Positions 12,996-26,560 of a stretch of DNA of 64,000 bases are shown in pieces. The notes under the pieces are model-generated. The model made no database searches and was not told the DNA's origin. It saw nothing but the letters and a program-made list of their open reading frames with translations. The translations under genes were made by a program, and so were the position numbers. Origin of the DNA: Tubiluchus corallicola (lineage: Eukaryota > Animalia > Priapulida); NCBI GenBank assembly GCA_030141605.1, contig JAQGDQ010001002.1, positions 7,180 to 71,179 on the forward strand, read 5' to 3'. Position 1 is the stretch's first letter. Each line of letters opens with the position of its first letter.

Positions 12996-13719
12996 TTGTG
13001 TTTTGACTATTCAATGAGTTTTGCTATTTTTAAACTGTGCTGCACTTTCGTATTCGTCCCCTGCCTGCTTACTCTCTAAACCACTAGGTGAGATGTTTGC
13101 ACATTATTTGTCCCTGGTGGTCAGTGTAATTTACAACATGCAGCATTTGAATGTTTTAGTCTGAAGAAGAAACAATGGGAAAGTTTTGTATAACGTGATC
13201 TTGAGTCTACCTACACTTCTGATGGTTTGCTCTTGAGGTCTTTTAGGGGTGGTTAAACTCGCTGGTTGGTCCGAGATTACAGCCTCGCTGTCAACTTACG
13301 CTGACTTAATTTGGCATTTACAGCAGTACAATAACGCAAGGAACTATATAGTAAATTTGTTGTAATTTATAGTGTTAGTACTTTTTATAGTAACTCAAGT
13401 CGCAAAAAACTTCCCCCTCATGTTACCATTAAGCCTAACTACTTCAAAGACTTGGTCACTTTGCTTCTTAACAATTGTTGATTTGTAAGACTATCAGTTA
13501 CACTGGGTTTATTATGGACAGCTTCCAGAAGTGGTCGAGCTTTGTTTACTCCACGTATCTCTCTTGTCTGTTTCCTTTATACTTAACAGGATAGTCTATA
13601 GTGTTCCAGTGTGTCCTACTTATATCTAGTGTTGTTGTTTTGTGACTGTATAAAAATGTAATACGGTCAGGGACGGCTTTAGGCAGTTTGGGGTGCCCTA
13701 GGCAAAAATTTTTTTTAAC

Positions 13720-13930
13720 GCCCTCTTTTCCACCTAGAATTTTTGGCGCCATCTTTTTCACGTAGAGTTTTTAGCGCCCTCTCTTCAACATAGAATTTTT
13801 GGCACCCTCTTTTCCACGTAGAGTTTTTAGCGCCCTCTCTTCAACATAGAATTTTTGGCACCCTCTTTTCCACGTAGAGTTTTTAGCGCCCTCTCTTTAA
13901 TATAGAATTTTTAGGGCCCTCCCTTCAACG
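13720..13930. repeat. ~30/59-bp tandem repeat
   Basis: cacgtagagtttttagcgccctctcttcaacatagaatttttggcaccctcttttc repeated. Confidence 0.8.
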
Positions 13931-14155
13931 CTCAATCCCTTCTCCCGCTGCCGCCTCCACCATACCCCCAAAATTGAATTTGTAGTGACAATATTATAAT
14001 GGTAGCTTATAATTGGTGCATGTTCTAGCCCTCTTGGTTTATTAAGCACAATTGTTCATAATTGTTATCACTTATGCTAAACTTAAATATTAAACACTTC
14101 TAAAATTTGGCGTCCCTCTAAAATTTGTTGCTCCAGCTAACTGCTTAGCTTGTTT

Positions 14156-14375
14156 AGTGGTACAGTCTGCTCTGAACATGGTATAAACAGTAAACAAGCA
14201 CCTTGTATAGAGTGGTACAGGCTGCTCTGAACATGGTATAAACAGTAAACAAGCACCTTGTATAAAGTGGTACAGTCTGCTCTGAACATGGTATAAACAG
14301 TAAACAAGCACCTTGTATAAAGTGGTACAGTCTACTCTGAACATGGTATAAACAGTAAACAAGCACCTTGTATAG
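14156..14375. repeat. 55-bp tandem repeat, 4 copies
   Basis: gtggtacagtctgctctgaacatggtataaacagtaaacaagcaccttgtata. Confidence 0.9.
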
Positions 14376-16059
14376 TTCTAATCTAGTGAATTTGGTGATT
14401 AACTGACACTGGTTTGGGCTTGTTCTGGACAACTACTAATGTTGGTTGAGCGCTTAAAGGACAAGAAAAGGGGCACCTGAAGTAGGTTTCAGAAAAATCA
14501 CCTTGAAAAATTATACTACTTTACAGTAATTTTATGTACATATCGTATTCACGTCGAAAAGAATTTTCGTTTGTTTTCATTTTAAATCTCCCGCAATACT
14601 GTTCCGACGGCGCCATTACATGACGTCACTACGCAAACGTAAATCAATGGAAGAAAAGCAAATGTTAAATTATGATCTAAAAAACTTTCCATGCAAAACA
14701 ATATTACTTAGCATTTCACTTAACGTGCTGGAATGACCTAAATAACTAGACTAATAATTTAAAATGTTTGTGCCAATTGGTAAAATGTCATTGACTCACC
14801 CTCCAGGGTGCGCCACTCACTAGCCAAGAACGTATTTTTAATCTTATTGACAAGATACAGTAATTTAAAATTTTACTTAATTAGCAACGTTCATGCTACC
14901 AATACTCTGATTATTTTTTCAAACTTTATTTAATGTTATCAAAACTTTTTTCAAACGACCTACGATTAAAATGGCCTCACCTAACGGTCATCTGGAGTTT
15001 AAATTTACACGTTTTATACAGCGTTACGTCCGGTGCAAGCGATGCATACGAAAAGGTAGCATGTAAGTGATATAAAGTCTCCACCGACATTACCTCTCCC
15101 CACCGATAATTTGGCAGCAAAAATTCTATAGTTATTTTGCATGAAATTTTGAGCAAATATTTATGAATATCTGTGAAGATTTTGCAGCTGTAATCTTGGC
15201 TCGGTGCCAGCAATAATTTATCCATTCTCGTACTTTGTAGGGACAAGATTTTGTCCTGTGTTTCCTATACCCAGCATTCACGATACCCAATCCGTTATTA
15301 TGGTGATTAAAGAAATTTTACTACTAATTTAATAGTCTGATTTACAGTACCAGTTTAACCTATTCGCGGTAAAATAATGATTAAAATCAAAAGATGTCAC
15401 ATCACTCTGAGCTTTTGTAATGCGCATTGTAAAATTTAAATGTTTTTCGTTTGACTGACGTACAAACGAATTTGCATGTTCTAGATTTCTGTAGATTTCT
15501 TGTAGATTTCTCACAGTTGAATCAGGTAATCACTGAATGCAGAAACGATTTTTCTTCCTCGACTGGGAACCATTCACGTTTCTATGTAGAACTGGGTTAT
15601 TTTACAAACAAGCATTGTATTATTTTGTTTCAGTATTGTCATGAACGCCTTCGCTATCATCATCATCGTCGTCATCTCCACTACAACTAGCTTCTTCGTA
15701 AAGAAACCACAAGACTGCCAGTAATTATTTTCGTCGTCATTATTGTTGTTGCCGCCGCCATTATTTGTCTTCTTTTAACAGTTTTTGTTTTTCTGTTGAT
15801 TTTTGCAGATTTCTTTTCATTCGAGAAACAACATTTCCTTTTGTAAACACTTTTAAGAATGCTAAAGTACGTTTTCTTTTCGATTATTATTTCCCTTTGG
15901 TTTTTAAACAATCACGGCAACAGGTTCCATGGCGAAGCAGTCCAGCAGACATCATTCTCTTTTTTGTCTTAAGTGCTGTTGTTCTATCAAGTTTCTTCTA
16001 AATTTTGGGTATTGATGATTATGGAAAATTGCTCCCATTCTCTAAATCTTATTTGGTAC

Positions 16060-18000
16060 ATAGTTACTGCTATAGGGCGTTTGACAAAGTTGTGCAAGCA
16101 GATGATTCCAGTTTTTGAATCTCATTTGGTTCATAGTTACTGCTATAAGGTGTTTGACAAAGTTGTGCAAGCAGATGATTGCAGTTTTTTCCCCAAGAAC
16201 TTGTTGTTCTGTCGAGTGGCTATTAGTTACTGCTATAGGGTGTTTGACAAAGTTGTGCAAGCAGATGATTCCAGTTTTTTTCCCAAGAACTTGTTGTTCT
16301 GTCGAGTGGCTATTAGTTACTGCTATAAGGTGTTTGGCAAAGTTGTGCAAGCAGATGATTTCAGTTTTTTCCCAAGAACTTGTTGTTCTGTCGAGTGGCT
16401 ATTCGTTACTGCTATAAGGTGTTTGACAAAGTTGTGCAAGCAGATGATTGCAGTTTTTTCCCAAGAACTTCTTGTTCTGTCGAGTGGCTATTGGTTACTG
16501 ATATAAGCTGTTTGACAAAGTTGTGCAAGCAGATGATTCCAGTTTTTTCCCAAGAACTTGTTGTTCTGTCGAGTGGCTATTAGTTACTGCTATAAGCTGT
16601 TTGACAAAGTTGTGCAAGCAGATGATTCCAGTTTTTTCCCAAGAACTTGTTGTTCTGTCGAGTGGCTATTCGTTACTGCTATGAGGTGTTTGACAAAGTT
16701 GTGCAAGCAGATGATTCCAGTTTTTTCCCAAGAACTTGTTGTTCTGTCGAGTGGCTATTCGTTACTGCTATAAGCTGTTTGACAAAGTTGTGCAAGCAGA
16801 TGATTCCAGTTTTTTCCCAAGAACTTGTTGTTCTGTCGAGTGGCTATTAGTTACTGCTATAGGTATTTGACAAAGTTGTGCAAGCAGATGATTCCAGTTT
16901 TTTCCCAAGAACTTGTTGTTCTGTCGAGTGGCTATTAGTTACTGATATAAGCTGTTTGACAAAGTTGTGCAAGCAGATGATTCCAGTTTTTTCCCAAGAA
17001 CTTGTTGTTCTGTCGAGTGGCTATTAGTTACTGCTATAAGCTGTTTGACAAAGTTGTGCAAGCAGATGATTCCAGTTTTTTCCCAAGAACTTGTTGTTCT
17101 GTCGAGTGGCTATTCGTTACTGCTATGAGGTGTTTGACAAAGTTGTGCAAGCAGATGATTCCAGTTTTTTCCCAAGAACTTGTTGTTCTGTCGAGTGGCT
17201 ATTCGTTACTGCTATAAGCTGTTTGACAAAGTTGTGCAAGCAGATGATTCCAGTTTTTTCCCAAGAACTTGTTGTTCTGTCGAGTGGCTATTAGTTACTG
17301 CTATAGGTATTTGACAAAGTTGTGCAAGCAGATGATTCCAGTTTTTTCCCAAGAACTTGTTGTTCTGTCGAGTGGCTATTAGTTACTGCTATAAGGTGTT
17401 TGACAAAGTTGTGCAAGCAGATGATTCCAGTTTTTTCCCAAGAACTTGTTGTTCTGTCGAGTGGCTATTAGTTACTGCTATAAGCTGTTTGACAAAGTTG
17501 TGCAAGCAGATGATTCCAGTTTTTTCCCAAGAACTTGTTGTTCTGTCGAGTGGCTATTAGTTACTGCTATAGGGCGTTTGACAAAGTTGTGCAAACAGAT
17601 GATTCCAGTTTTTTCCCAAGAACTTGTTCTGTCGAGTGGCTATTCGTTACTGCTATGAGGTGTTTGACAAAGTTGTGCAAGCAGATGATTCCAGTTTTTT
17701 CCCCAAGAACTTGTTGTTCTGTCGAGTGGCTATTAGTTACTGCTATAAGGTGTTTGACAAAGTTGTGCAAGCAGATGATTCCAGTTTTTTCCCAAGAACT
17801 TGTTGTTCTGTCGAGTGGCTATTAGTTACTGCTATAGGGCGTTTGACAAAGTTGTGCAAACAGATGATTCCAGTTTTTTCCCAAGAACTTGTTCTGTCGA
17901 GTGGCTATTCGTTACTGCTATGAGGTGTTTGACAAAGTTGTGCAAGCAGATGATTCCAGTTTTTTCCCCAAGAACTTGTTGTTCTGTCGAGTGGCTATTG
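16060..18000. repeat. 89-bp minisatellite, about 22 copies
   Basis: gttactgctataaggtgtttgacaaagttgtgcaagcagatgattccagttttttcccaagaacttgttgttctgtcgagtggctatt. Confidence 0.95.
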
Positions 18001-18677
18001 ACTGTTGCTAATTATGGGTCAATGGCATTTTTATGATCAACACCAGGAATCTTTCTTGTAACATTAACTTGAGTAGATAATTGTTGCATCAGTTGTGTTA
18101 TTTAGGTAAGGGAATGTTACATTAATAAGCTGCATAATTATCATTAACTTTTCATGGCTTCTTTGCAGAACTATCGACTGAGGTTTTTCTTACCTAGACT
18201 GTAATCTCACTGTGTCTTAATAGTTTGCTGTCCCAAATAAAAAACAGGTTCGTGTCTCATAATTTTTCTCTTCATTTTCAGTCATGGAATTAAAGTTTAC
18301 AAACGAGATTAGGCAGCACTGAAGTGTGGCTGCCATTATCTGTTGGATAAGCTCTAAAAATAGTTGTATAACAAACATATAAAAGCAATCACGAGGCTTT
18401 AATGCTTCTAAAGTCGTTAAAATAGTCAATCCATTTCCCGTATAAAATCGTGCGTGTGTCGTATTAAAGTAACAAAACAGAGTAACAATTTGGGACTATT
18501 CTGTCCCATTAGCAGCAATTGTTTTAATATGACGTCTTGCATATGAATGCGGTCCGAAGTTTGCAGGCCTTTGCCGACAGACGGGTAGAGGTTGACCATC
18601 ACCGGTTGGATAATTTCGGAAAAAATGAACGGTTCTACTGAAAAAGCTAATTTGTAATTATAATCGTGTCTACTTAC

Positions 18678-20430
18678 ACTGGCTTCGGTCTGCTCTGGCA
18701 TTCTTCCAGGGGTGGCCGAGCCACCACCCCTGCCACGATCTCCCTGCGACGCTGCTCCTCATAGCGCCATGCACAGGCAGACGTGGACCTGTGCGTGGCG
18801 TACCGGGGGTTCAGGTTTCCGCGCCCCCCACACTGGGCAAACCAATGGCATCTTTTTGGCATCTAAAAAAAGAAGAAAAACGTCATTTCATTTTACTAGT
18901 TTAACAGAAAAAGTAAACAACAGCGGTTGATACAAGACAGTAATATTATAAGATAATACATATATAAAGTCCATGATAAAATAAATAAGTTATTAAGTTG
19001 TTGTGTAAACTAGGGGTATGTAGTAAATTTGATTTGACTTTTTTATCACTATAATAACGTAAACTATAGTGTATTGTTTAAAGTTTTGTTAAAAGAAAAA
19101 CGATGTTCTGTTTACTGGCAGCAAAGTCTTCAGGTTATTGAGAATTCTTTATGATTGCTGGTGCTCGACACAAACATAATGTAGTTTGTTATCACACTGT
19201 CTGTGTGCTCCATTCTTATGCTTTAAATTTCAAGTTTTGCTTTAATCGAACTTGTAGTTAAAATTATCGAACTTGAATCAAAACAATTTATGTCATTTAG
19301 GACATACTAATTACCAGCAATAAGATTATAAGAGTAGCTTAGGTATCGCTTTGCAACGTTTAGGCTATTCAGTTTAACAGCAATAAAAAGCATTCAAAGC
19401 AGCTCTGTACTGAATCACTGCTTGCAAAACCAAGTAAAATAGTATTACTTTTTATGCTTTTTAGCAATTACTGAGTTACCTGAAAATTGGAAAATTACCA
19501 ATTACAAAAATACAGACCCAAGTTGAGGTGAGGGAAGATGTATAAAGGGTCTGCAGTGGTATATCCCACCAAGTTTTTATGTTAAAAAAGCGCTTTCTAC
19601 TCGCTTACAATGTAACCTTATAAACAGATCTGTTTCGCCTTGAAGCAAATCCTCGGTCTCGTTGCTGACCATGTAATATATTTTTAGCCAGTTTTTCTAT
19701 TGTAAACATTCTAAATACTAGGTTATAAAATATGAAACAACGGATTACATGCCAATGATAGAGGACGTTTTATAGAATCTAGAGAAGACGATTTTCATGA
19801 AACGGTTTTCATGTCAACAGTAAAATGGCAACCTAATGACGTATCGAGGCAGTTAAACAGAAAAACTCAAACTAATGAATAACCCAATGCTTCGCTCTGC
19901 AGACACCGTGGGTCTCACAATCCTATCTCGTATGATTTTATCTTCCAAGACAAAAATTTGAATTGTGTTCTGCAAGGAAATTTCCAGTTTATCAAATTTT
20001 AAAATTATGAAAGTAAAAACAGCTACCCTTTTCGCGATCAGCAATCGATCATCGATCAACCTCACAAAAACGACTTTAATCGCACAGTCAGTCAAAGGAA
20101 AATGTCCAATTAACTGCAACTGAAACCGTTCAATTATTTAAAAGTTTGCCAAATATTCTGAGAATGTTTTTGCCCGATACCTAATCCTATCCTGGGACTG
20201 GCTTGTTAACTTAAAATGTTTCAAAAATTGCTTGTAAGATGATCCTGTAAAAAGTTATATAAATAAAGAATAATCTCACACCACACGAGACTAACAGCAG
20301 AAAAATATTTCTGTATGTTTGGACTAAAAAATAAAAAAGTAAATGGAAAGGTTTTCTGGCTAAAAAGCAAAATTTCTTTACATACCGTTTAGGCATATCG
20401 AAACTGTGACTATTCTCGTGAATGCTCAAT
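18678..20430 (-). pseudogene. Inverted partial paralog of the C2HC zinc-finger gene (exons 20430-20386 and 18862/18851-18678 only)
   Basis: Reverse complement of ~640-1770; encodes MPKRCHWFAQCGGRGNLNPRYATHRSTSACAW...PKPV; no counterparts of exons 3-5 found; ~1 kb insertion in the intron. Confidence 0.7.
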
Positions 20431-21169
20431 CTGAAATAAGCAAATACAATGAAGTGTTATTTACGGCTTGGTCAGCTAAAACCATTTTAGCAATGTCAAG
20501 ATTCTAACTGCACAGGATCTAGAGTTCGAATCGCACGAGTTTCATGACGATCCGATCTTTTGTTACAGAAATACAAGAGAAAAACCTACTGTGGACAGTG
20601 GACGAATAAACACACGGACAGTAGGGTCATTTAAAATTTAAAAATTCAACAAGAAAATAGTCAAACTTACCAATTTAATGTTGCTTTTGAGAATAGCGTT
20701 ATCTGAAAAAATAACAACTTTTAATTACATGCAATAAACGTTAACTTTCTTATAATTTTATGGCAACTCTAATGTTAATATACAGGGTCAAAATAAGTAA
20801 TAACGAATATGAAGGCTTGATGAACAAAAGGGGAATCCATCTTTATCCATTCACTGTTTCTAGTTTTAGGCAGGCCTGATTTTGTCAAACCCTTGTACAA
20901 ATATACAGTTATCTTTCGCTTATCAATAAACTAAGGTTTATTACAAGTTTTTTTTACAGTAAATTCCCTATTATTTTAATTATGTCTAACCTCCACAACC
21001 ACTTCCGGAAGAGGTAGTACTTTAACAAAAACTAAAAGACAGTTGTGCTCCAGAACTCTTACTGTGGAATAATGGAATGAAAGACAAATACTTTCTTGAA
21101 AATCATTTGAGGGTTTTTTAATTTTGTCCTCTCCCATTAAACGAGAAATAGCCACGTTTTAGGTAAGTG

Positions 21170-21652
21170 AAATGAAAGTTGTTCATACTTTAGAAACAAA
21201 CCCATATCCTCCCATGCCCTCTGTGTAATGAAATTCAGTCGTGCTTTAGAAAGCCATGTCCGCCCCTCCCCTCTGTAAAATGAAATTCAGTCATTCTTTA
21301 GAAAGCCATGTCCTCCCATCCCCTGTGTGTAATGAAATTCAGTCATGATTTTAGTTAGAAGAAAGCCATGTCCTCCCATCCCCTCTGTGAAATGAAATTC
21401 AGTCTTGCTTTAGAAAGCCATCTCTTCCCATCCCCTCTGTGAAATGAAATTCAGTCATGCTTTAGAAAGCCACGTCCTCCCATCCCCTCTGTGTAATGAA
21501 ATTCAGTCTTGCTTTAGAAAGCCATCTCTTCCCATCCCCTGTGTGAAATGAAATTCAGTCATGCTTTAGAAAGCCATGTCCTCCCATCCCCTGTGTGAAA
21601 TGAAATTCAGTCTTGCTTTAGAAAGCCATGTCCTCCCATCCCCTGTGTGAAA
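21170..21652. repeat. ~52-bp minisatellite, about 9 copies
   Basis: gaaatgaaattcagtcatgctttagaaagccatgtcctcccatcccctctgt. Confidence 0.9.
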
Positions 21653-22259
21653 GGGAAAACTGTTATTCCAACAAAGTATATGTTAAAGGGAAAATCTACA
21701 TTTTTCGTGAAACTTCTATTGTATATAAATACATTTTTTACTGGTTGAATCAATATTAATAGTTCGTAAAATAAGGAGGGAACAAGGTTGGGGTGGGATG
21801 GACAGCCTGCAGTCCCCTCCCGGCCCATCTTTCCTTTCCTTGACGAGGGCCTAAAGTTCCTTCATTTCCTTTTAAGTGTTCCCGTTATCTTTAAAAGAAA
21901 TATTTCGTAGAATTTGCTAAACGAGACCCTGTACTGAAAAAGTTCTAACCAGAAATTTGTTACCACAATTCAGGATTTTGTTAACTTCAAATGCTTCCCA
22001 AAAGTTCTAACATTGAGCTGTTAACCTCTGATTCTATTTACGAACTAATATGGTACAGAACCTTAGTGGTATGCATTCTGTACATGCAGATTTATACTTC
22101 TATACATAGCGCGCGTGTATAGAAGTATGTACATGTACAGTGTATATCACTACTGTACAGAACAAACTTTCAGTAAAGACAGACAAGTCCTAGGCATTAA
22201 CTGACTGACAGCTTCTTTCTACTAACATACTGTGAGTACTTGAGGGAAGCATATATTAT

Positions 22260-22630
22260 TATGCAGCTTAAAGAACTGTACAAAAAGTTATGCAGTTTAA
22301 AGAACTGTACAAAAAGTTCTGCGGTTTAAAGAACTGTACAGAAAGTTATGCAGTTTAAAGAACTGTACAAAAAGTTATGCGGTTTAAAGAACTGTACAAA
22401 AAGTTATGCAGCTTAAAGAACTGTACAAAAAGTTCTGCGATTTAAAGAACTGTACAAAAAGTTATGCGGTTTAAAGAACTGTACAAAAAGTTCTGCGGTT
22501 TAAAGAACTGTACAGAAAGTTCTGCGGTTTAAAGAACTGTACAAAAAGTTCTGCGGTTTAAAGAACTGTACAAAAAGTTATGCAGCTTAAAGAACTACAG
22601 AAAGCTATGCAGTTGAAAGAACTGTACAGT
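22260..22630. repeat. 29-bp minisatellite, about 12-13 copies
   Basis: atgcagtttaaagaactgtacaaaaagtt. Confidence 0.95.
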
Positions 22631-23444
22631 GATTTCAAATTTTTATGCAGATCATTTAGATCTCTGTTCAAAAGTAACTTCCTATATTTTGTCCATTACT
22701 TTAGCTAATAATTCAAAACCTGATTCACCTCCCAGCCTAACCTTGTTAATTGCAGGTCTTTCACAAATTATTTAATAATATTTTAGTCTAATATTTGCAA
22801 AATCCATCTGTATTTTTGTAAAGCATTTCATTTATAAGCTTTTTGGGCTGTGACTAGCAAGTGTTTTAGCTGACTGGTTGTGCCGCCTGGTGTTTGCTTT
22901 TTGTTGAACTAGCTTTAGGGCGAAATTAGTAATCTTGGCAATTGAAGTGAAGTTAACCAGAGCTAAGACTAGAAAGTAATTAGATGAGTGACCACTACTA
23001 AAAATCACATACGCTAAAACATGGCTGACTTTGTTTAGGAATTGAAATTTTATAGAGTAAAGACTAGATAGCACACGGATGAGTCGCCACTACTAAAATC
23101 ATATTAGCCAAAACATGGCTGACTTAGTTTAGCAATCGAAGCTAGAGACCCGATAGTAAATGAATGGGTGACCATATCAAAATCACAGTTCACCTTCCTG
23201 GTCCAATGTCTACTCTTAGATGATTAGTTTTCATAAAGAGTCTAGTTGCAGTCCTTCCACAACAACATGACCTTGCAGTTGAATGCAAAAATATCCCTAA
23301 TCTTAAACTCCTGTCTCTTAAGCAGCAGACCAAATCTGGCAAAGTCATTTGAAGTTAATTTCTTCTCAGGCTTCAGTGTTGATTATTTTCAATTTAATCA
23401 ATTCAATTTTGATCCTACAATCGTTAATGAAGCTTTTTTCTGTA

Positions 23445-24420
23445 CCATAATTGTTCGTCCTGTTTCAATAACGATAACTTTCAATTTTATCCACTGCAAT
23501 TTCAATCGTTTAATCTTTAATGGAGTTTTGTACGTTCTATAATTGTTGGTACGAGTTCAATACCGATAACTTTCAATTTTATTCACTGCAATTTCAATCG
23601 TTTAATCTTTAATGGAGTTTTTGTATGTTCTATAATTGTTGGTACGAGTTCAATGCCGATAACTTTCAATTTTATTCACTGCAATTTCAATCGTTTAATC
23701 TTTAATGGAGTTTTTGTATGTTCTATAATTGTTGGTACGAGTTCAATGCCGATAACTTTCAATTTTATCCACAGCAATTTCAATCGTTCAGTCTTTAATG
23801 GAGTTTTGTATGTTCTATAATTGTTGGTACGAGTTCAATGCCGATAACTTTCAATTTTATCCACAGCAATTTCAATCGTTCAGTCTTTAATGGAGTTTTG
23901 TATGTTCTATAATTGTTGGTACGAGTTCAATGCCGATAACTTTCAATTTTATCCACAGCAATTTCAATCGTTCAGTCTTTAATGGAGTTTTGTATGTTCT
24001 ATAATTGTTGGTACGAGTTCAATGCCGATAACTTTCAATTTTATCCACAGCAATTTCAATCGTTCAGTCTTTAATGGAGTTTTGTATGTTCTATAATTGT
24101 TGGTACGAGTTCAATACCGATAACTTTCAATTTTATCCACGGCAATTTCAATCGTTTAATCTTTAATGAGTTTTTCTGTGCTATAATTGTTGGTACAAGT
24201 TTAATACCGATAACTTTCAATTTTATCCACTGCAATTTCAATCGTTTAATCTTTAATGGAGTTTTTGTGTGTTCTATAATTGTTGGTACGAGTTCAATAC
24301 CGATAACTTTCAATTTTATACACTGCAATTTCAATCGTTCAATGTTTAATGGAGTTTTGTATGTTCTATAATTGTTGGTACAAGTTCAATACCGATAACT
24401 TTCAATTTTGTCCACAATCG
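23445..24420. repeat. ~92-bp minisatellite, about 10-11 copies (second array at 29560-30515)
   Basis: tttaatggagttttgtatgttctataattgttggtacgagttcaatgccgataactttcaattttatccacagcaatttcaatcgttc. Confidence 0.95.
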
Positions 24421-25540
24421 TTCATCTTTAAGGAACCTTTTTTCGTACTGTATTTTTCAATGATTATGTTCAGTTTCAACAAGGGCATTTTGACCTTGTA
24501 ATCTTTAATTGGATGCTGTTTTTTGTAACGTATTTGTTGGTTCTGTTTCAATGCCGATTACATATTCAACTTCAACAAAGTGATTTCGATTGACAAAGTT
24601 CAACTTTATTAAGCAGTTTTAACTGTGCAATCTTTAATAACGTACATTTCTCCATACGTCATGACAGGAGTTTTTCCCTGATGCCTTAATATTTTTTGAA
24701 ATATTCTAGTTTCGGTACTTTTTTTACCTTCGTCATTGTCATGTCACTTTGTGTGAAATATTAGGAGTAGTTGTCACCACGGTTATCAGTTTTACTTGTT
24801 TACTGCTTTATTACTGATTAATAATCAGTGATTATGTTCAATTTCATCAAGTCAATTCTTTAAAACATTCAGTTTTTCTCTTATAATACATTTGTCGCCT
24901 TGATGGCAGTTTTTTCGTTACTATCACATCATTTTATGCGACACGTTGATGATGGTAGTTTCCATCACTGTTCTATAACATCCATCACTAGTCTGTGACA
25001 TGGCTATGTATAATGTTACTCGATGAATCTGTAATGTGATCTTTATCGCTCTACTACAATCTCATTTCATATGGAATCTATCACTACATTTTTTTCATGA
25101 ACCAGTAATGTTAATTTCCATCATTTTGTCATACAAAGATTTGTTCATCCTTTCCCAGCATATGAGGAATAATGGCTGAATGTTTATTCTATGAAAATAA
25201 TTGCTATTATGACACACAACCTTGTATATAGTCAAGCTGTTATTTTGACTATAGGCATCAAGTTTGCCACGTTGCATAATTAAAACCTTGTATATAGTCA
25301 AGCGTTTATTTTGACTATAGGCATCAAGTTTGCCATCTTGCATAATTTAAAGATGTTGCCTAATATTGTAACCATGGCTGTCCATGTATACATAACGTTT
25401 GAATATACAATCAATTAAATATGGCTAAAATATTAAATATGGCTGAAATATGTGTCGCCATGTTATTAAAAATTAGCTTCCCACCGCCTGGTCACTATCG
25501 GCATGGGAGGGGGATCAATTCTATTATGAAAACTTTTAAC
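24420..25540 (+). repeat. ~1.1-kb segment directly duplicated at 30527-31640
   Basis: Long near-identical stretches, for example catgaaccagtaatgttaattt... and gcttcccaccgcctggtcactatcggcatgggagggggatc. Confidence 0.9.
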
Positions 25541-25549
25541 GGTTCGAAT

Positions 25550-25875
25550 CCTTAAAACGTTTTGAGCGTACTTTAAACAATTACGCTTCTTAATTAAAGA
25601 ACCATTGGTGCTTCAAATCATTGAAACGTTATGAGCGTACTTTAAACAATTACGCTTCTTAACTAAAACAACATTTGTGCTTCGATTCATTACAACGTTA
25701 TGAGCGTACTTTAAACAATTACGCTTCTTAATTAAAACAACATTTGTGCTTCAAATCATTAAAGCGTTTTGAGCGTACTTTAAACAATTACGCTTCTTAA
25801 TTAAAACAACATTTGTGCTTCAAATCATTAAAGCGTTTTGAGCGTACTTTAAACAATTACGCTTCTTAATTAATG
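25550..25875. repeat. 69-bp tandem repeat, about 4.5 copies
   Basis: tgagcgtactttaaacaattacgcttcttaattaaaacaacatttgtgcttc. Confidence 0.9.
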
Positions 25876-26049
25876 CACCAGAAATAGAAATTATTATTAA
25901 TGATCGTTTTCAATCCCCCTCCCCCTGCTCTTCAGAAAATTCCTCCTCATCGGCTCGGTAACTGCCGCCTCACAAACATCCAGCATCATCAGCATCGTGG
26001 TCACTCTATCTTATAAATTGTTTTTTTGCACAACTTGTATACGATACAG

Positions 26050-26560
26050 TGCAAATAACTTAACACACTGTAGCTTATACAGTATACTGCAGTTTTTAGA
26101 AATACTGCAGCTTAAAGGATATGTAACGATTAATAGAACATATTGCAGTTTGTATGATATATTGTTGTTTGTTGAAGGTTGCAGTTTCTAGAAATATCGC
26201 AGCTTATAGGACGTGTTACAATTAATAGAATATACTGCAGTTGCTACATATATTGCAGTTAACAGAATATTGCAGTTATAGTGTATGTTACCATTAATAG
26301 AATATACTGCAGTTGCTACGATATATTGCAGTTAATAGAATATTGCAACACAATATTGCAGCTTATAGGACGTGTTACAATTAATAGAATATACTGCAGT
26401 TGCTACGATATATTGCAGTTAACAGAATATTGCAGCATATAGTGTATGTTACCATTAATAGAATATACTGCAGTTGCTACGATATATGGCAGTTAATAGA
26501 ATATTGCAGCTTATGGGATATGTGACAATTACTAGAATATATTGCACTTTAGAATACAAT
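26050..26560. repeat. Degenerate short-period tandem repeat
   Basis: Recurrent aatagaatatactgcagtt / atattgcag. Confidence 0.75.

Noticed and set aside
15973-18036. Cluster of repetitive ORFs
   Set aside because: Translations of the 89-bp satellite, whose unit is not a multiple of 3
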